A stretch of 62,829 nt of DNA, filler included, from Rhabdomonas costata (Eukaryota): the NCBI GenBank assembly GCA_019059605.1. It is 22 parts of 22 records of this genome, joined end to end, with 100 filler letters (N's around TTAATTAATTAA, not from the genome) between each part and the next. Parts side by side here need not be neighbours in the genome. Positions count along the whole stretch, not along the records: positions 25,802 to 28,560 come from JAHMHO010002134.1; positions 28,661 to 31,410 come from JAHMHO010002135.1; positions 31,511 to 34,268 come from JAHMHO010002136.1; positions 34,369 to 37,125 come from JAHMHO010002137.1; positions 37,226 to 39,982 come from JAHMHO010002138.1; 17 more parts are not named here. One strand, written 5' to 3'. This document shows positions 26,576-38,200 of the stretch, in pieces. The notes below the pieces were generated by a model that searched no databases, was not told the origin of the DNA, and worked only from the letters and a program-made list of their open reading frames with translations. Numbering within the stretch: position 1 is the first letter of the stretch; every line of letters begins with the position of its first letter. The translations under genes were made by a program, and so were the position numbers.

Positions 26576-27430
26576 TATGATCGACAGAAAGCATACAGTA
26601 GGATGGAAGGAGATCCGTAGCATCGGATGACCTGCGGTAAAGTAGTAGCATGTAGCGAACATGCGACATTCATCTTCCTTCTCTTGTCTGGATGCATCGC
26701 TTCTCTAGACATCCCTCCACATTCATTTATTATTCACTCTTCCTCTCTTTCTATCTTTGCCCCCATTCGCCTCATATCTCAGTATGTACCATCATCATCA
26801 CCACTACTTGCATCACGCTTTCAACAACCTCACAATCTATCTTCTTACACTTACGCTGGAATACCCAATGTGATGAGGTGAAGATGAGAAGGGTTGGATG
26901 ATGAGGGTAGATTCGACGCAGCGGTCATCCTGACAACATCCATTCCATGAGTGTGCAGTGGTCAGTGTCACTCGTACTACATTGGACATTTGCAGAGTGG
27001 TTCGTGGTGGGTTGATTTTGCCTCCGACACTTTCTACCTTTCACCTTCACCTCCTACACGCAGAGAGCGAAATCACTCTAGGTGGTGGGTAGGGAAATGG
27101 TAGTGGTCATATTAATGTGTAGTCATAACACTGTCAGCACCGTAGTAGCATCGTACCCTCTACCTTACCTCTTGTGAATATGGTGTTCAAGAGTGTACCC
27201 TGTGGTGAGCAGGGTCAACGTCCATCGTAAGGAGAGTGTTCGGGTCATTGTGGGTGAGTCAACACAACTTGATTGCAGGTGTGTCAACCGGTTGCACCTG
27301 AAATCAACAGCTCGTCCTACGGTATGGTGTTATGGTAGTATGAGTGAGTGTAAGCATTGCACCCTCACCGTTCTACTGCTTCCTCAACACCGTACGTGCG
27401 AGGTTGGGCCTCACCGCAACGTCACTGTAG

Positions 27431-27619
27431 AGTACCTGAGTCACTGCTCGGTTCACACACGCTATAGCGGTTGTGTCATGGTACATTTTTTGTGTAGGTT
27501 GGGTAGTACAATGGTGGTCATGGCGCACGACTTCCACTTCCACGACACCACGAATAATGCTACTTGTGATGCCGGCTGTGTTAGTTGTCGACATAGCTGG
27601 TGTTGCGTGCATACGTGGT
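27431..27619 (+). CDS. Candidate mitochondrial cox2 N-terminal (two-TM) gene module
   Basis: This frame is missing from the ORF track: AIAVVSWYIFCVGW..STTPRIMLLVMPAVLVVDIAG versus recalled Cox2 [31 protein letters not shown]. It ends exactly where the AC-rich arm starts and has no CuA domain. An in-frame TGA at 27437 would need the TGA=Trp code if it lies inside the module. Confidence 0.45.
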
Positions 27620-28689
27620 AATCAGCCACACTGACCATATGAACCACCTGACCCCTACCCTGACCATATGAACCATGACGCTGACACACCTACCCATCCT
27701 CGCTGCAAGCACACTTTGACACATTCAGCACAGACGCAGAACCCCACATGGACCACACCAACGTACCAACGAAACTTGCAACAAGGACCCACTACACAGA
27801 CTCGGCATGGTTTAAATTCATATACGTGACGACAAGCACCACATGTCTAACACACAAAGCCACACCGAAGTATGACACACATCACCCAAAGACACCGACT
27901 ACGCACCAAAAGAACCACCTAGAGCCACAGCATCACAAAAACTAGCCACCCTACGCACCATAGCACCACAATGATCCACAGTAACCAGACACACAGTACG
28001 ACCCACAGCCACACATCCGACACAAAGGCCTACAATACAGACTCCAAATCCAACAGCAGACCAAACACCTTCACCTTTACATAACCATACACCTACGCTA
28101 AACACAGAACCATAACCCATACTAATAGAAGAAGAACACACGCGCGATGAACACACAGCACACGACCCACCCATCGTACCACCCACACCCTCACCAGGAG
28201 CCACCGTAAACCAACCAACCACACCAAACAAGCGCACAATTTTCAGGGTCGCTGCGAGAAGGCAGTTGTCACCACACAAAAGAAAGATCACAAAAAGAAC
28301 AACGTCAACAGGTCGCTACAACCTGTGAGACAGATATAGAAAGGGTTTGGTTGCTGTTGTGCATACAACCGTACAAAAGAAGCAAAAATTACAATGGGAA
28401 ACGGCTCACTGTATTCACCGCGCATCGGCCGCGGGAAAAATGTTCTTGCTCTTCACTACTCGCCAAAACCGCAGCCACCATCAGCACCACGCCCGCGACA
28501 CCCGTCAACACAGCCATCACCGCAATACCTAAAGCCTTGTGAGGAATCGCACGAAGCACANNNNNNNNNNNNNNNNNNNNNNNNNNNNNNNNNNNNNNNN
28601 NNNNTTAATTAATTAANNNNNNNNNNNNNNNNNNNNNNNNNNNNNNNNNNNNNNNNNNNNTTTTTTTGGGGCAGACCCTTATGATCTAA

Positions 28690-30215
28690 ATGCCATCGCT
28701 TTGCTGCAATTCCCTTGGTCCGCGTGGACGTTTGCGAGAGAAGGCTGGCCGCCCCCTCCAGATCGTCCTCGGCAAGCCGAATCTCTAAAGCCTTCTCATA
28801 GAGCGACTGTGCCGCGGCCCTGATCACTGTGGAAACTCGCAATGCCGTTCAAGCAGGCCGCCACTTTGACATGGTGCTCACCAAAACGCTGTATATAGAT
28901 CATAAGGGTCTGCCCCAAAAGAAGACCACCAGGAAACCACTGGTTTCCGCTCCACGGATCCTGAAGGGTGGGATCCCAAAACTGCTGAACGGCCTGGGCA
29001 CGGAGGACTGGAATGTTGTCGTGTTCCTTGGCTGCCGACAGAGGAACCTGGTGGGCATCTATACGAACGCGTTCTCGAGAAAAAGCCAAAATCAATGTGA
29101 ACCCGTGTGTACGACAGTGAAAACCAACCAAATAGCCACAACTGCAAATACCAAAAGCTGGCTAAATGCACACCGAAGCCAGACAAAAAAGGCCGAAGGC
29201 AGCAAAAAGCTAAAAAAAAAAGAGCCAACAAAATTGCAAGAAATACCATGCTCCAAAAGCGGAGGTCTGCATTAGTTGGATCAAGGGCTATTGCTTGTAA
29301 ACATCGCTTCACCAGCTCCGTAAGATCTGTGCCAAGAGCCACCTTTGCGTCCTCCTTCAGCACTTTTTCTGCAGTTACTGGACAAACCCGAGGCCACTCT
29401 TCATCACAGCGGACGAGGTGGCGGAAATACTTTGGAAGCTTGCCAGTCCCCAGAACAACAACCACACCCACAAAGCTCCCGCGTCGTATGCGTGGGTAAT
29501 TCCCGAGGACTCGTCGAAGTCAGGTGGTATAAAGGGAGGGGAGCCCTAGCAGGGGTTTAGCCCAGACAAGTTCTCACAGGAAGAAAATGAAATCCCGACG
29601 TCAGTCAGCTTCAGAGTGCCGGAAGGAGAGACCAGGATGTTTCCTGGCTTGAGGTAACAGTGAACGATGTCTGGCAAACAGACAGGAAAACACCACTAAG
29701 ATCGGAAAACGAGAAACACGACAACCAGACGCTCCAAGTGGCGCAGAATGTTTCAGAACACAAGTGACAAACAGCCTCATAATCACCTTCACCGCTCCTT
29801 CAAGCTTGAGTTTGGAGCTGAAGGCGGGGAACAGCTTGCCCGCGCCCCCCTTGCCCACCTTATGCGCAATGACCCTCCACTCGCTTTCTTCGCCTTGAAG
29901 GATGGCCACAGCGGGCAACCCCGGGACGGGATCCAGCAAGCACCGGACGTCGTCTGGGTTTGCCGTGGAAAAAACATGGTAGAAGCTTCAGTGGATGGTT
30001 CGCTCTCCATTCTTAGATAGAAAGAAAGATAATAAGGCGCTGTCTTGGTGCCGAGTTCCTGCGGTAAACGAAGGACACTGAGGAAAGGTCCTGTACAGAA
30101 CCTCAACATTTGCCACATGATCTGTAAAAAAACTACCAAGGCGAAGTTTCATAGGGTACCTCCGGTTGACCTCGTAGATGCGCAAGCAGACACGTTGCTC
30201 TTGCTGGTCCTTGCT
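28690..30215 (-). pseudogene. Degenerate gene with kinesin-light-chain-type TPR repeats and upstream exon-like segments
   Basis: FGEHHVKVAACLNGIASFHSDQG / AQSLYEKALEIRL / LANVHADQGNCSKAM are split across three frames by two frameshifts. Confidence 0.5.
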
Positions 30216-33129
30216 GGGCAATATGGGTGCGTGTATGCGCGCGCAAGCGTGGGCTGCTGCCGTTTGAATCACATACGACAGCCTTCCTGTTTGTCCCTCG
30301 GGCACCGGAAATTTGTACCTCTCGCCGGTCCATGACGGCTCAGGTTAATGCGCAGAGAAAAGAAGAATTTTGAACGGGCGTTAAAGGCAGTTCGTATGGT
30401 AATCGCCTCAATTACAAAGCTAGAGGTGCCGTAAGGCTTCATAACCCTTCAGCAAAAACAGCAAAAGCAAACCGAAGACCTGCACACACTCGCAACTTCC
30501 CATCCAATCAAATTCTTTCACTTCCGATCACTTACCTTCCGCTCCCTTCGCAAACAGGGATACCCTCTCTTCAATACAAAAAAACCTAAGTGATCACGGG
30601 GTAGTGTTTTCAGCCTCTAAGCATACGTGAAATCGCACATCCTACCTGAACACCTGGCTTCTTTCTTAATTTTTCCTTGTGTTCCCCTCTTGAAGGTTTT
30701 CCTAACCACCTCTCTCAAGGGAGAAGAATCGGATGAAACCGGAGATGCATGGATCACTGCATTGGTTTTTCTCAGCCACAACAACAACAACAACCCCATA
30801 CACCCCCCCCCGCCTTATACAAGAAGGGAAAAGGAGGTACAAACACTGCCCCACTATACGGGAAGGATGAAAGCGGCGCGGGGAAGGGGGGCGGAAGAGA
30901 ACGACGACGTTTTTGGCGCCGCCGTGAGCCTCTCGGAATTCGATCACGGGTGACCACGTCGAGGGAAGGTGACCGTGTGGGTGCACATTGCATGTTTGAA
31001 GTTACGACCGGGTGTCGGTTATGGCGATGCTCCAAGTGTAGGAACAACCCCGGAGACAAGCTCGGAAGCTTCAACACAAAGCAAAAAGAAAATGAAGACA
31101 CACCATACCGGAGGGGTGCACGCGGGAAATAGGGTGAAACGAGGTGGCCGGGAAGGGGGGAGATGAGGGCACAACCTAAAAGTGTGTACATGTGTTCTAA
31201 AAATACAGTACGGGACGACTGGGCAAGAAGAAAGGGAGAAGATCAGCCGCTATGATCATTCCTCAACGGGTCGAGAAAACGAGAGAGGCACGGCACGGAC
31301 GTAAAAGGCAGGCATGGTGGTGCCTGCTCTGTGCACACAAGCAGAGAAAACATCCCAAACCATACCCGATGTTTGAGAGAGGAAAAAAGGGGGAAGAGGG
31401 AAAACAAACANNNNNNNNNNNNNNNNNNNNNNNNNNNNNNNNNNNNNNNNNNNNTTAATTAATTAANNNNNNNNNNNNNNNNNNNNNNNNNNNNNNNNNN
31501 NNNNNNNNNNGGGGTTACGTTGAGGGTTCTCGGTATGGGTTTCTTGCACTTCAGACAAGGGTGGTGACGTTACGTTGGGATTTGCTCGAAAGGTCCGCGA
31601 GTACGCTATCTGCATTTCCTGAGAGATGGATGTGGGTTACGTGTATGTGGAACGGGATAGCCATGTGGGAGGCATGGGTGGCACTATCTGTCAGTAGCGG
31701 AGAAGGCGTTTGGAAGGTGAGGGTGACTATAGGATGACTCATGGTTGTTCGTATCCTCTGTGATCTTGACGTTGCTTGTGCTGGATGAACCGGGGGCCTG
31801 CGGTGAAGACGCAGTTAAGTAATGGCAATGGAACGTCGGTGGTGGGGTAGTATCCGATCCACATGACCAACGAGGCACTGCACTGAGGTGCGTGAAAGGA
31901 AAGGAAAGGTTACCTGTTGAGGCAATCATGTCGTCCAGCTTGTAACCTCTCAGCTCCTTGCCGTGATTTCTGCTGTCACGTCTATGTTGGTTCTTTGCAC
32001 GTACTTTTCCTCCTCTTCCTCATTACGACTGGTCCCGGACAGTTGAGTGAAAGCCACTACGCTGGAAGCGATGGCAAGGTTCTCTTGGTGAGGATTGTTG
32101 TCCGTTCAGCTTGGGAGCGTTGGTGTCATGACTTCCATTCAACGTCCTGGGACCGCGGCAGTTTCCATTCGGATCCTGGGGCCGTATGTTCCCACCATGC
32201 CGTTTTTCTATACCTTCTACCCCCGTTCAACGCCATGCTCGCGCAAAAAGCGCGCACAGCCCTATCTCGAGGACAGATATGGTAGCCCGGTTTTGCGCCT
32301 ATGAGCCTATCTGTGCAATAGTGGATTTGTTTTTGGTTAAAAAGGTCGAACCGTAAAGTCTAGGTCCCCGTGGGCGGATTTTTGGATTCCAAACTTTCAC
32401 TGCTTTAAGGGTGGCGGTCGATCAACCCGTGTCCGAGGGCTTTTGCAGAAACCGGGGTATAGGAAAGGCAAGGTGTTTCGAGCAGAACGTTCGCTGTAAC
32501 GTCGGCTTTTCTCGGAAACGCCGCGAGCGGCCCGCGGAGAGAGAAGCAAGCAACCCCAGAGGATCCTTACTCGAAAATTCTTGAAAGTTGTGGTGAACCG
32601 GGCGATGGGCCGGTAGCCGATAGCGCCACTATTTCACGCTTGTTGACGAGGTGATCGTGATATCCGCGTGTCCGTGTCCGTGTTGATCCGAGGTGTCAAT
32701 TACCCGCTCCAACAGAGATGGGTGCTTTCAGGTGAAGCCCCGTCGCAGTGCAACGCGGCCATACATGCTGGTGGAGCGACTTCTACTTGGTACACTGATT
32801 GAAAAAGCTCTCCGTGACCCCAACCAAAATCAGTATTCAACACATTTCTTCAAACACATGATGACGTACCTTTCAACCTGCAACAAAATGCACAGCCATG
32901 TCCAGTGCACCCGTGTGAGTCCGAAAAGTGAGGTGAGGCAGGCCGAGATTCAGTGGTAACCCAAGCAGCAGATTCCGCTACCCAGACCTAGACCTCAGGG
33001 CTCTCCGATACCGTGGGTGACTGCCGTCTGCACAGCGCTCCGTCGCGGGGAGCAATTTGCGGCGATCTAAGCTCTGCATGACAATGTACTCATATTTTGT
33101 GGCGGAAGACGGGAAAGGGCAAGCTGCGC

Positions 33130-33985
33130 TCATCTTGGGGGCTGGTCCCCCTGCGCCCGCGCCTCCAGAGCCTTCACCGCGCGAAGGGCAGCAAGAGCCT
33201 CCACCTTCTTTCCCTCGCGCTGCAGCTGCAGCACCTGCCGCTTGCTCTCCAGAATCTCGGCCTGGAGCTGCTGGGCTGCCCTGGAAGCGGTAGCCTCTGC
33301 GGGGTGGGCGGGGAAGCAATTTAGACTAAGGATGGAACCCATATTCAAACCCGCGCTCAAACCAAGAAAGGACTCGACGCACCTGCCCTCTTGCGCACTG
33401 TCCATTTGGGTCCATATAACCCATAACCCACAACCCATAACCCATAACCCACAACCCACAACTCGTTAAAAGGACACTCATCTACAGCCAAGACGTGCGT
33501 GCATTTGGATGTACACTGGTGGAGGTGAAGACGATGACTACGATGATGAGGAATCAAGGTCCTATAAACCTGATTTAATATGTTATTAATCCTTTTGCAT
33601 CAAGGTGACGGAAGGGAGTGATAACCGAAGAGAAACGATTAAGGTGTCAAGGACAGTACGGAATTGAGGCTGAACTCGAGACTAGTCTACGTTGATGAAA
33701 CCGCTGAGAAGGAGGCGAGTGGAGGGGTGTTGCGGTTGCAGGATTGCATGATTGCACGGTTGAGCACACGTGTATGTATCGAAGGGATGTGTGGAAACCC
33801 ACCGCTGGAGTGGGAGTCCTCAATCGGGGGCGCAGATTTCGGCCCCGGTTTGTGCTGCTGCTGCTGGACCTCCTCGCCCTCGTCCTCCCATCCCAAGCCC
33901 TTCAGCTCTGCCAGGAGCCCAGGGTCTCTCAAGTCGGCCTCGCTGAGAGGCCCCTTCCCCTTGGAAGATGCCCGGGAGGCTGCCT
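33130..33985 (-). CDS. DM14-repeat protein C-terminus (CC2D1/Lgd-like or plant FYVE-DM14-like)
   Basis: LSEADLRDPGLLAELKGLGWEDE and LQAEILESKRQVLQLQREGKKVEALAALRAVKALE, then a stop at 33130-33132. GT-AG intron between the exons. Confidence 0.65.
33420..33462 (+). repeat. (CCCAYAA)n 7-bp minisatellite
   Basis: About 6 tandem units inside an intron. Confidence 0.8.
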
Positions 33986-34379
33986 CATGTGGGAATGTGT
34001 GTGTGCAGGTAGAAGCGGCAGAAGAATGTCCGGGCAAAGTAAGTAGTAGGGGGGAATTCCTTATAATGCGTATACACGTATAACCCCGTTATGCGTGTGT
34101 AATGGTGGTTTGCATATAACGCCGTGATACGCATATCGGCGTTATACGACACTAAGCTCTGAAAAATCCCAGGTGACACGTGAATTGCAAACCTAACCCC
34201 CTGCGAGACGAAATAACCTGGACAGAGTTGCCTTCATCCTAACGAGACCAGCGTGTTAGACCATGATANNNNNNNNNNNNNNNNNNNNNNNNNNNNNNNN
34301 NNNNNNNNNNNNTTAATTAATTAANNNNNNNNNNNNNNNNNNNNNNNNNNNNNNNNNNNNNNNNNNNNGTTTGTGGTGT

Positions 34380-35604
34380 TGTTGCACAAAGGTGTTGGCC
34401 CGGCGCTGCTTCAGGTGGATTTCGGCCTTCCTGAGCTGCTCCAGAATCTTCGCCAACCCAACACCTTTGTGCAACAACACCATAAGCTCATGGGACAAGT
34501 TAGTCCTCTAAATAAGCGGGAGACCCGCTGACGGAAGGGAAGGCGGGGAGGGGGGGGGCAACTCTTTCCTTTGCGGGCTACTTCGATTCTGTCAGTTTCG
34601 TGCTTTATTCATTTTTTCAATGGCTCTTGATCAACGTTCACAAATATGTGCTTATCGGGAAAAGGTCCCTTCAAATTCGCTCCTCCCCGACAGCGGCGGA
34701 GCGCTTGCTTCTGTTCTTATCGTCTCTGTGAAACAGCTGAGCCTCGTGAATTCCAGGAAGCCTTCGCAATGCAGGGAGTTCGTCGCAGCGGGCGGAGGTG
34801 ACGGCAGGGAGGAAGAATAACAGGTTCAATTTCCCACAATCACAGGTTGGCACGATTGTTGTAGCGACAGTGGCACCAAGGCACAATGGAATTCGGCAGA
34901 AAGAGGGGAGCGGCAACTGGGAGATGGAAGAGGGAAAGGGTGAGGCCCAAGGAAGAAATAATGTGTGTGTTAAGAGGGCTAAGAGGCCGAAGGACCGATA
35001 TGAATGATGAGTGAGCACAAATAGTTTTGTCCAAAGTAGAAACAAAAGGTGACTGTCCCTTTGCAAGTGAACGTATGCCATGGTCGGAGTCGACAGCAGG
35101 ATTTTAAGGAGCAGTGAATGCGACCTATACTAAACCTACCACCGACCCACTCACCCCACACGACCCTGCCATCCCATGTCCGATGCCACCCATGCCTCAT
35201 CCATCATAACCACACCCAGGAATGGCAGGAGACATGCAAGCATCAATGACACAGAACAACCAACCCGATATAAGGCGGGGGCGGAACGGCATTACCAAAC
35301 CAACCGCACGACAGCTGCCTCCGCAAGGGGCGTGGTTCGGTATATGCGACCTTCGTTCCCTCCTTCGTCATAGGATAATTATTCAGAAGATTTTTTTTGA
35401 TCTGCCGGTCTGTTAAGAAGGAGGTTTCTTTCCAGAGCTTAAAGATACACGGGGCAATTGACCTCGGGAAAGGTCCACGTTCACCTTCGCTACACCCTCC
35501 GCAGAGAGCGCGCTGAGTAGCCGAGCCTCATCCTCATTAAGGGGATAACCCAGCTGCTCCGACAGGACTTGCGCGGGGGACGACGACGAGGAGTCAGAAG
35601 CCAT
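34380..35604 (-). CDS. Hypothetical protein, 5' exons
   Basis: ATG at 35604 after a pyrimidine tract, exon MASDSSSS..LSALSAEGVAK|gtgaac, and a further coding-like segment near 34380-34498. Confidence 0.35.
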
Positions 35605-37225
35605 CCAAGAAAGGGTACAAGGGAAAGTTCACAAAAAAGACAAAAGTAATGAGAAGTCCACCTCTGAGCGTACCACGCGAGTCATCAGGACAGACCTGGC
35701 GTCTGCTTTTTCCGGTTGGGAGGTCTTCTGTTTGGTAATGTGAGCAGCAAAGGTGGTGGGCGCGGGGCACTTCTTTTCGCTTCTACACGATTGTATCCTA
35801 CTCAAACAGCAGAGGGAAGCCCGCAGCGCAATTCCGAAGGCGTGGTGTCAGCAAATACACGGCAACCCGTTTGCATGCTCGGTGGAGACGGGAGCGTCCA
35901 TTTGCCGTGAAAAAGAGCCCTCTGTCACCATTGAACTTGAGTGCTGAACCCCTACTGAACATGTACTGTGATGTGCCATTCCCATTCACCTCATTCATCC
36001 TTCCCCACCCAACAAAAAGGGCCACAGTTCAAAGCTTGGCCATTTTGGAAGCTTTTTGTGAGGGCAAAGCCGAAGCAGGCCCGGGGTCTTTTGTGCATAC
36101 AGTTCATGGCTTCAAATGCACAATGCGAATTTTCCCCCAGCCCCCAACCCCAACGCAAAAGGGTCCTTGAAGCGTTCTGCACTCCTTAAACAACTTGCCA
36201 ACTGCGGGAACCGTATTGCATACCAACGATCCAAAGACGAGACATCGGGTCCACTTGTGATGAGACGAAGTGTCCAACCGTTCCCACCATCAAGAAAGAA
36301 TACGATTCAATTCAGCTCAGCGTTTCTTCATTGCATGCAATTCTGAGGCGGGCTTGAATGAGATATTCCAAGAGGTGGTACCACAACACCAATGCGCACG
36401 CCAGTGCTGAGGAAAGGGTACCTTCACAGGTGATCTCGCAGCAAACAAGAGCGACTTGCAAAAAAAAGAGGTGAGAGGTGAGAGGGAGGCAGCAAAGCAA
36501 AAGAGACCACGGACTATATACCGATGCAGGAAACACGACATAGTCAGCGCTTAAGCACACAGTTGCATCCTTTTCTGATTCTCCCAAGGTGACCATGGTG
36601 TTCACCTTTTCTATCCCACTTTTCCCCTCGCAATGTATCGCAACTCCACCCCACCCCATCCTTCCCATAATATGTATTGAGCACCACGGCTCTTGCCACA
36701 CCACACACAGCGAAAAGGTACACGGAGGGCACCATGCGATATCTCGTGGTCATCTAAGACAGGCACACAAGGAAGTCCTGGCAAAAGCGGCACGGCACTT
36801 TTTTTATCAGCAACACAACACAAACCGGTAGCCCCGTTACGTGCAGCAGAGGAAAGAGGAACCACAAACCAACGGTGCATGGAACTAGGACCACGAAGAG
36901 AGGGAGACAGGGAGGGCAGGGCGTACCACACCTGGGAATGTACAGAAAGTCACAAGAACAGAAAAGTTCTGCCAGAGAGTGTGGGTGGGTGTGGGTGTGG
37001 GTGTGGGTGTCTGTTGGTGTGGCCCCGTGCGGGCCACGCACGCCGCCAGCTGCGAGGCGGTCGAGCACGCGGGACCATCTGATAAAGACATCCCCACGTT
37101 CAATTCCGCAAAAAAACCACCACCCNNNNNNNNNNNNNNNNNNNNNNNNNNNNNNNNNNNNNNNNNNNNTTAATTAATTAANNNNNNNNNNNNNNNNNNN
37201 NNNNNNNNNNNNNNNNNNNNNNNNN

Positions 37226-37725
37226 GGTTTGGGGTGTTCTCCAATAAATAATAATATTCCAAGCATATTCATTGTGTTATCACTATTTAATAAATTATTT
37301 AATATTTTTGAAGTTTTTGTCAGTACCATTTTCCTAAAATCTATCGACTTATTTACAAAATGATCAGTTAGTTTTTTGCATAACACCACATACAAATTAC
37401 AATATACTTTCTCTTGTAATGCTTTTTGTAATATTATATCTATCATTTCATCAACTAAACTAACTTCTGATATGTTCAAATTTATCAATTGATCACATAT
37501 TATATTGAAATTTGCATTACTTATCTTATTTATCATCGATCTCATATTCATCAATATTTGTTCATTTTTTGGTTTTGTTATTTTTAATCCTATATGCGAT
37601 GATACAGGTACTACAGATCTCCATGAATCCGTTTTATTAGCATTAAGATATGTTTTTAATTCTTCTGGACATTCAATATTAATATCTTTATAGTTGTTTA
37701 TCAATGTAAGTGCGAATGATGCCAT
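37226..37725 (-). CDS. Viral eIF4G-like protein (MIF4G domain), 3'-truncated by the contig end
   Basis: MRSMINKISNANFNIICDQLINLNI..MIDIILQKALQEKVYCNLYVVLCKKL..FRKMVLTK..MLGILLFIGE follows the MIF4G HEAT consensus. Intronless and AT-rich. Confidence 0.88.
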
Positions 37726-37804
37726 TATATTATAAATAACTATTGTTTTTTAAATATTTTTAATTATGTTATGATTTTATAACATATATATTTTTATATA
37801 GTTT

Positions 37805-38140
37805 TTACTTTATTTTTTGTTTAAATTTTTCTTCTAATATCGAATTACTCTTTTCTAACGTTTTCAATCTTGCATCGATTTCATTTATCATATTGTCTAA
37901 ATTTATAATATATTTCATCATACATGACATTGTCATATCTAAGTCATCTGGTAATTTGTTATGTACTATATAATATGTTTTAGGTGTTAAAAGATTTAAA
38001 TTATGTGGAATTCCTACAGTCGTAGAACAATCGTTATAATTTTTGTTGAAACTAACATGTTTAGATTTTTGATTTGATTTTGTAGAATTGTTGCCCATTC
38101 TAGTATCTATATTTCCATCGTATAAATTAAAATTAAACAT
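37805..38140 (-). CDS. Viral hypothetical protein, 111 aa, C-terminal coiled coil
   Basis: Complete ORF with the same AT-rich codon usage and a heptad pattern LDNMINEIDARLKTLEKSNSILEEKF. Confidence 0.75.
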   Translation of the reverse strand: MFNFNLYDGNIDTRMGNNSTKSNQKSKHVSFNKNYNDCSTTVGIPHNLNLLTPKTYYIVHNKLPDDLDMTMSCMMKYIINLDNMINEIDARLKTLEKSNSILEEKFKQKIK

Positions 38141-38162
38141 GGCTATTTATAATCTTTCTTTC

Positions 38163-38193
38163 AAAATATCAAATAGTATATATTTGATATTTT
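38163..38193 (-). terminator. Mimiviridae-type 3'-end hairpin
   Basis: Perfect 13-bp stem AAAATATCAAATA / TATTTGATATTTT with a 5-nt loop, starting 7 nt after the corrected stop (38203-38201) of the capping gene. Confidence 0.8.
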
Positions 38194-38200
38194 TTCATAA

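Larger units (their letters stand above)
25802..28560. other. Putative fragmented-gene mitochondrial chromosome (diplonemid-like)
   Basis: G/T-rich left arm, A/C-rich right arm, no spliceosomal intron pattern, and short membrane-protein fragments resembling nad5 and cox2. Confidence 0.55.

Noticed and set aside
27899-28291. 130-aa G/V/C-rich minus-strand ORF
   Set aside because: Explained by the G/T skew. No recognisable motif.
25802-28560. Kinetoplast minicircle interpretation
   Set aside because: No CSB-3 (GGGGTTGGTGTA) found on either strand, and the protein-like modules fit better with a diplonemid-type layout.
28664-28920. 25-bp inverted repeats flanking the TPR segment, as if a transposon had captured it
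   Set aside because: One copy sits at the extreme contig start, so a chimera is more parsimonious. No target-site duplication can be tested.
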